IMG/VR virus record: IMGVR_UViG_3300032093_000024
DNA from: an uncultured virus (IMG/VR IMGVR_UViG_3300032093_000024)
Lineage: Duplodnaviria > Heunggongvirae > Uroviricota > Caudoviricetes
Strand: one strand, 5' to 3'
DNA length: 64,000 bases
Shown here: positions 59,061 through 64,000 of the stretch, piece after piece
Layout of the letters: the number at the start of each line of letters is the position of its first letter
Position numbering within the stretch: the stretch's first letter is position 1
The notes under the pieces: model-generated
What the model was told of the DNA's origin: nothing
Seen by the model: the letters and a program-made list of their open reading frames with translations, nothing else
Databases searched by the model: none
Position numbers and translations under genes: made by a program

Positions 59061-59542
59061 TACCCTTTGCAGGTTCTCCACCCACCACCTTTTGATTTGT
59101 AATTTTTTGCAGCCCATCCATTTGCATAAGCCGATGGATATACATCAAACTTTCTTTTTGCTGCCGCTTTTGATGCTGCCCATTTACCAGGATCGGTTGG
59201 ACAATTCTTTTCTAAAAATAGTTGCATTGCTTCTTCAATCACTTCATGCTTCTTTCTACCTTGACAATGCGCTCTTTGTGAGAATCCTTTTGGGTTAGAA
59301 CAATTGATTGATTTCTTATATTTTGCACTCCACTTCTCATTCATTTCGCCAAGTCCGCATCTTTCCATAAACTCATCAGCATTTACTTCAATTCCTTCTT
59401 TTTTGAAATCTCTTAATCTATCCAATGCCATTTGTTTGCGGTTATCTATATCTTTAACCTGAACTAGCATTTCAACAATACCATCAATCATTTCTTTTTG
59501 ATGTGGTTGTTCTTCTTTTAATAAATTACTTAACTTTATCAT
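59060..59542 (-). CDS. Modular small basic protein with leader MIKLSNLLKE
   Basis: Modules EKWSAKYKKSINCSNPKGFSQRAHC and KFDVYPSAYANGW..YKSKGGGW. Confidence 0.6.
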   Translation of the reverse strand: MIKLSNLLKEEQPHQKEMIDGIVEMLVQVKDIDNRKQMALDRLRDFKKEGIEVNADEFMERCGLGEMNEKWSAKYKKSINCSNPKGFSQRAHCQGRKKHEVIEEAMQLFLEKNCPTDPGKWAASKAAAKRKFDVYPSAYANGWAAKNYKSKGGGWRTCKG

Positions 59543-59853
59543 GCTCCAGTTTTTACAAATGTTGGTTTTTGACCTTTTGATTTTTCACCACCTTTCTTAG
59601 CATCTCCTGCTTTAGACTGTGCTGCTCTTTTTCTTTTTACAAATGCTGCTCTACCATCAGGCCCTAACTTAGCTGCTTTTTCTTTTGATAAACAAGCTGC
59701 GTATGCATCGCCCGATTTACTATCACCACATTTACCTACCTTCTCACCTTTAGAGTTATATCTATCCCAACCACCACCGGTAGTAGAACCAGTCTTACCT
59801 TTACCAAACCACTTACGAAGGTCTTCCGCCATTATATCTCTTAATAGTATCAT
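59539..59853 (-). CDS. Small basic protein with leader MILLRDIMAE
   Basis: EDLRKWF..GGW..C..CL..KRKR module. Confidence 0.6.
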   Translation of the reverse strand: MILLRDIMAEDLRKWFGKGKTGSTTGGGWDRYNSKGEKVGKCGDSKSGDAYAACLSKEKAAKLGPDGRAAFVKRKRAAQSKAGDAKKGGEKSKGQKPTFVKTGA

Positions 59854-60110
59854 TATATCTTTTCGTAATAAACTGTCATACCTTCTTTATCTTCAATAGC
59901 GTATATATCACCTTTAAGTGAAGAAGTGTTTTTTATATCTTCAAAGTTTGCGGGAATTGCATCTTTTACTTTTACTTGTCTTTGGTAAACCACTTTTTTA
60001 TTACGTGATACAACGATTGTCCAAGGACCGGATTGCGCACCTTTTCTTACACCGGCCATCATTTTAGACCAGTTTTTTCCTTCCATTAATAAAGATTGTA
60101 AACTTATCAT
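59853..60110 (-). CDS. Small protein with leader MISLQSLLME
   Basis: Translationally coupled ORF. Confidence 0.55.
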   Translation of the reverse strand: MISLQSLLMEGKNWSKMMAGVRKGAQSGPWTIVVSRNKKVVYQRQVKVKDAIPANFEDIKNTSSLKGDIYAIEDKEGMTVYYEKI

Positions 60111-60766
60111 TATTTTTTAACTTTGATTTTCCAATAAGTACCAAACCCAACATAAGGTGAAAATGCTCCATTAGTTCCATCGGTTGTTCTATTATTCACA
60201 CCAATACCTAATTGATATAATTTATCTTTTTTAGTTTTAAGAATTACACCTGCTCCAACTGCTGATACATAATCTGCTTTGTTAAATCCAGCATTTATAC
60301 CATAATATAATTGTGCTTTTGCAGGTTCTTTAACAATAAGTTCTTCTTTGATAATTCTTTCTTTAACTTTAGCATCCCAAGTTCTACCTAAAATTCTATT
60401 CTTTGTAATAGTATCGGTTAATGCAATAGTTCCCAAATCTCCATCTAATTTAAGAGTGTCTTTGTAAACTACCTTTGCTAAATAATCTTTTAATAATGCT
60501 GCAGTATCTACATTTACTAATTCTTTAAGAACTAAAGTATCTACATCAATTACTTCATGTACAATATCTTTACCCTTTTTAGTTACCGTTTTAATTTTTT
60601 CAACTTCTACAGTATCAATTGTGTGCTTTATAACTTCATATTTTTTACCATCAATTCTGATAGTTCTTCCACCTGGCATAACTCCACCTGGGTTAAACCA
60701 CTGTAATAAAATCCATATTACTAACGCTACGATAGCAATATTCTTAAAATTCAAGTATTTTTTCAT
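60110..60766 (-). CDS. Membrane-anchored envelope protein (possibly spanin-like)
   Basis: N-terminal TM segment, repeated D-T-hydrophobic motifs and C-terminal amphipathic beta strands. Confidence 0.5.
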   Translation of the reverse strand: MKKYLNFKNIAIVALVIWILLQWFNPGGVMPGGRTIRIDGKKYEVIKHTIDTVEVEKIKTVTKKGKDIVHEVIDVDTLVLKELVNVDTAALLKDYLAKVVYKDTLKLDGDLGTIALTDTITKNRILGRTWDAKVKERIIKEELIVKEPAKAQLYYGINAGFNKADYVSAVGAGVILKTKKDKLYQLGIGVNNRTTDGTNGAFSPYVGFGTYWKIKVKK

Positions 60767-60784
60767 AAGACGTATTTTTATAGG

Positions 60785-60793
60785 TATAAATAT
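60785..60793 (-). promoter_or_regulatory. Putative late promoter motif ATATTTATA
   Basis: Upstream of the ATG at 60766. Confidence 0.65.
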
Positions 60794-62259
60794 TAGAATG
60801 CCAGTTTTGAACCAATCTGAATATTATGCATCAAATTGAAGTTTGGTGTTAATCCAATTACCGCTTTATAGGATGCTCCGAAAGCAAACCTTCTACTCAA
60901 TTTATATGCATAATCAGTTCCCACAATAAAGCCAGGTGAACGATTAACCATAGTTGCTAAAGTGTTTGTATTATAACTAATTGGCTGGTTCATTACGAAT
61001 ACTGATGGAGATAATGTGGTTTTTTTATTGACTTGATAAGGTTTAGTCCAAAATCCTACAAACGAAGTCATAAGAGAATAGTTGTAGCCGGTGTTTTCAG
61101 AATTTCTCATAACCAAATGAATAAGACCAGCGTTCATACCATATGTGCCATATTTAGGATGTGGTTTAATATATGTGTATCCCTGCATTGCCATCCACGT
61201 TCCTTTTAGATATGCGAATGTTGCTGAATAAGAGTGGATACCATTTAGTTTACCTTCTTCAAAGTCCATCTTAGTCATACCACCACTCACCGCATATTGG
61301 TCTAAAGTACTCCATATAAGTGCGGTAGCAGAATATGATTTATCACCCATTAGAGATGATTTAGAGATACCAACACTCATCATCATAGATACCCTTTGGT
61401 CAGGTCCTTGCATACCTGCCAAATCGGATGAAAGTATCATTGGGTTTAGAGCTTGAACTCTACCTTTTTTCTTTTCTTCTTTTTTCTCCTCTTTCTTTTC
61501 TTCCTTTTTTTCTTCTTTAGACTCTTCCTTCTTCTCCTCTTTCTTTTCTTCCGATTTAGTTTCCTCTTTTTTCTCTTCCTGTTTTTGCTCTTGCTTTTGT
61601 TCTTCTTGCTTCTGCTCTTGCTTTTGTTCACTCTTTGTTTCTGTCTTTGTTTCAGATTTTTGTTCCGAAGAACCACCACCAGATGAACCACCAGAAGATG
61701 ATGAACTACTGGATGATGAAGATGAACTACTACTGCTTGAAGATGAACTTGCAGGCGGTGTAGATGATGTTGATGCAGATGCTCCACTACTTGCAGCTCC
61801 CGCGCTTGCTGATGAAGATGCTGCGGATGAAGCTGAACTACTTGCTGCAGAACTTGCCGATGATGAAGCCGCTGAACTTGCGGCTGATGATGCTGCTGAA
61901 CTAGCTGCAGAACTTGCTGCTGCCGCTGCTGTGTTTGCCGCCTGTGCGGTTGCTTGTGATACAGCTTGTGTTACTGTCTGCTGAACAACCTGATTAGTTG
62001 GGCAGGCCATAGTTGAATAAGCTGCATAAGTTGCATTAACCCAAACCTGAACTGCTCCACTTTGAACTTCCGCAGGAGTAAATGTTTTTACCTGATTGTA
62101 GAAAGATACCGTTGCAAAACCATTAGACATAGTTGTAGTGGCGATTTTTACTTCACCACTACACTTGTCCACATAGGTTTGTGTGTATATTTGTCCACTA
62201 GCTTTCCAGCTGAGACATATAATAAATAAAATACTTAATAGACCTTTTAATGCTTTCAA
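60793..62259 (-). CDS. Exported protein with Ala/Ser and Glu/Lys low-complexity linker and a predicted C-terminal beta-barrel
   Basis: Signal peptide ending ASG-Q, amphipathic strands and terminal Phe (IGSKLAF). Confidence 0.6.
   Translation of the reverse strand: MKALKGLLSILFIICLSWKASGQIYTQTYVDKCSGEVKIATTTMSNGFATVSFYNQVKTFTPAEVQSGAVQVWVNATYAAYSTMACPTNQVVQQTVTQAVSQATAQAANTAAAAASSAASSAASSAASSAASSSASSAASSSASSAASSSASAGAASSGASASTSSTPPASSSSSSSSSSSSSSSSSSSGGSSGGGSSEQKSETKTETKSEQKQEQKQEEQKQEQKQEEKKEETKSEEKKEEKKEESKEEKKEEKKEEKKEEKKKGRVQALNPMILSSDLAGMQGPDQRVSMMMSVGISKSSLMGDKSYSATALIWSTLDQYAVSGGMTKMDFEEGKLNGIHSYSATFAYLKGTWMAMQGYTYIKPHPKYGTYGMNAGLIHLVMRNSENTGYNYSLMTSFVGFWTKPYQVNKKTTLSPSVFVMNQPISYNTNTLATMVNRSPGFIVGTDYAYKLSRRFAFGASYKAVIGLTPNFNLMHNIQIGSKLAF
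61460..61935 (-). repeat. Low-complexity coding repeats: (AASS)n, poly-Ser, (EQKQ)n, (EEKK)n
   Basis: Visible in the translation of 60793..62259; codons are degenerate. Confidence 0.8.
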
Positions 62260-62273
62260 AAACTAACAATTTA

Positions 62274-63104
62274 CTAGAAATTTAATCCTAATCCGAATTG
62301 AGAATAACCTCTAATTGGTTCGTGGTCAAATTTCAAAGTAAAGTTTTTGAAATCCCTCATTGCTCCAACTTTAATTGATGCAAACTCTGAATAAGATTTA
62401 GGGAAGGTAATTTCGCCAATAGCATCTTTACCTCTATATCTTACTCTTTCATTTCCAAAACCTAACATAGCATGAACACCAGTTCTGCCAAATCTTTTAC
62501 CAGCTCCTAAATATAAGCTTCGTTTTTTAACTAAATCGTTTATAAGCGGAAAATCAACTCGTGTGATTGTTCCATACGGAAAGAATGTTGAACGGTCTAT
62601 TTCATAAGTGGAACTGAAATCCATTACAAAATATCCTCTATTACCGATTGTGAAAAATCCACCAATTTGCCTATCAGTTGTTTTGTGTAAACCGAAACTG
62701 ATAATTGGTTTTTTTCCTTTAATGGTATCTCTCCTACCATCTTCGTAAACATATACTCTTTGTGGTTGTCTATATCCCCAATCATTCCAATAAAATGAAG
62801 GTGTATAGAAATTCCAACCAAATGCAGGTGCTCCCCACATATTCCATCTATTCCAACCCCATCCCCAACCCCAATCATTCCATAACCAAGGGTTATTGTT
62901 AATGATTATGTTAGAGCCTGGTTTTGTTGGTTGTGGCCTGTTAAATTCTCTAGGTGAAGAATTTCTCCACATACTTACATCACTTCTTTGTCCCATTATT
63001 GATGGACCTGATGGTGATGCTGATGGTGGATTACTTCTCCAAGAAGAGACTTGAGAAAATGCCACCATTGGTAGTAACATTATTAAGAATAAAATCTTTT
63101 TCAT
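62274..63104 (-). CDS. Predicted outer-membrane beta-barrel protein with a W/G/P-rich N-terminal region
   Basis: Bacteroidota-style signal peptide MKKILFLIMLLPMVAFS-Q, amphipathic strands and terminal FGLGLNF. Confidence 0.65.
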   Translation of the reverse strand: MKKILFLIMLLPMVAFSQVSSWRSNPPSASPSGPSIMGQRSDVSMWRNSSPREFNRPQPTKPGSNIIINNNPWLWNDWGWGWGWNRWNMWGAPAFGWNFYTPSFYWNDWGYRQPQRVYVYEDGRRDTIKGKKPIISFGLHKTTDRQIGGFFTIGNRGYFVMDFSSTYEIDRSTFFPYGTITRVDFPLINDLVKKRSLYLGAGKRFGRTGVHAMLGFGNERVRYRGKDAIGEITFPKSYSEFASIKVGAMRDFKNFTLKFDHEPIRGYSQFGLGLNF

Positions 63105-63126
63105 AAGTCCTCCTTTTTTAGTTACC

Positions 63127-63135
63127 TATAAATAT
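63127..63135 (-). promoter_or_regulatory. Putative late promoter motif ATATTTATA
   Basis: Upstream of the ATG at 63104, right after a terminator. Confidence 0.65.
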
Positions 63136-63163
63136 AAAAAAAGGGAGTTTAATACTCCCTTTT
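63136..63163 (-). terminator. Rho-independent terminator
   Basis: AGGGAGU-AUUAA-ACUCCCU followed by a U run, after the 63184 gene. Confidence 0.85.
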
Positions 63164-63183
63164 AATTTTTCTTTAACAACTTA

Positions 63184-64000
63184 TTAAAACCCTTTTGATG
63201 GGAATCTAGTCCATCCATTACTCCATACAGGTTTAGAAAGTGTTTCTAATTCTGATTTTGTATAAGTTTTTTCTACATTTCCTTCTCCCAATGCTTTTTC
63301 TTTCATTTGAGCTGCGGTGAAAATAGTTGATGTAGATTTGAAATTTAGAAGCGGGTCAAACGCTTGAATTTCGTTGTTAAGAAATTTAGAAACCCCATCT
63401 TTGTATGCCTGTGCGGTTTCGTTACTTTCAATAGAGAATGCTCCCTTCTGATAACCCAATACCTTTGAGTTTGTTATTGTGAATTGCGTTGCACGTCTCC
63501 ATCTTAAACCTAAATTGTGGTTTGATAATGCGGTTGCATCAAATGGTCCAATAAGAATCATACCATTTAATTTAGGATGTGTAAAAGGTTGTGCAGTTGA
63601 ACCCGTTCCATCGTTATCACATTCTACACCATTTCCAGCATCACCATTATCTACAAATTGTGGGTCTCTCTTTGCCACACCATTTGTTACAGTTCCAGTA
63701 TATCCAAAATCAAAATCGTAATCATCATCTGCGGTTGCATATGCGTATAGATTTTTAGGTGATACAGTTCCACCAAAGAATTCAAATGCATCATCATTAG
63801 CGTAGATAGTTTGAACATTCTCAATGATTGTTCCACTACCAACTCCACCTAAAGTTAGTGCGTTAATTTCAGAGTTTGGCATTGCTGCAATACCAGCATA
63901 TTCAATTCTTACATATTTTAGAACACCACTATTATCGTTGTCCAAAGTTCCACCATAAGCTCTACCTACACCACCTTCAATAGTTGGTTCAGTTGCTCTA
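63184..64000 (-). CDS. Bacteroidota-type parallel beta-helix surface protein, partial (5' end beyond the window)
   Basis: Frame is open to the window edge (RATEPTIEGGVGRAYGGTLDND...). Motifs DNSGVLKYVRIEYAG, EINALT.GGVG.GT, DDAFEFFGG and DDDYDFD.GY. Confidence 0.75.
   Translation of the reverse strand, partial: RATEPTIEGGVGRAYGGTLDNDNSGVLKYVRIEYAGIAAMPNSEINALTLGGVGSGTIIENVQTIYANDDAFEFFGGTVSPKNLYAYATADDDYDFDFGYTGTVTNGVAKRDPQFVDNGDAGNGVECDNDGTGSTAQPFTHPKLNGMILIGPFDATALSNHNLGLRWRRATQFTITNSKVLGYQKGAFSIESNETAQAYKDGVSKFLNNEIQAFDPLLNFKSTSTIFTAAQMKEKALGEGNVEKTYTKSELETLSKPVWSNGWTRFPSKGF

Noticed and set aside
135..63721. Numerous plus-strand and nested ORFs in the track (e.g. 7090..7632, 50166..50603, 58564..58998, 61446..61787)
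   Set aside because: They lie antisense or out of frame within well-supported genes, have shadow-ORF composition and show no recognisable motifs.
1..64000. CRISPR arrays, tRNAs, rRNAs, integrases or transposases
   Set aside because: No regularly spaced repeats or recognisable RNA genes were seen, and intergenic gaps are short. A tRNAscan/Infernal run would be needed to exclude small RNAs fully.
1..64000. Stop-codon recoding, as in some large Bacteroidota phages
   Set aside because: Core genes are full length under code 11, and TAG and TGA end genes at plausible C-termini.

Overview
A 64-kb segment of a large, AT-rich, T4-superfamily-like myovirus genome, read with standard code 11. Almost all genes are on the minus strand. 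The host is probably Bacteroidota, judged from three TTTG-N20-TAnnTTTG promoters, few Shine-Dalgarno sites and Bacteroidota-type envelope genes. The window holds: (1) the neck/head module (gp15/14/13-like, major capsid, scaffold, prohead protease, portal, large terminase); (2) a glycosylation island with a split HldE-like heptose kinase and nucleotidyltransferase, a TibC/Aah-type iron-finger heptosyltransferase and a GT-methyltransferase-GT fusion, next to a 2824-aa tail fibre; (3) primase and a fused Mre11-Rad50; (4) the baseplate module with lysozyme and CHAP hydrolases; (5) small proteins sharing an MIxLxxLLxE leader; (6) predicted outer-membrane protein genes. Two inferred systems stand out. 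The first is a virion heptosylation system, with an [S/T]-[G/A/S]-S motif enriched in outer virion proteins as the candidate acceptor. The second is a capsid-targeted, protease-processed enzyme cargo system, including an Ntn hydrolase whose predicted catalytic Cys lies directly behind an I-x-E site. Product calls come from motif recognition by eye, not from database searches.
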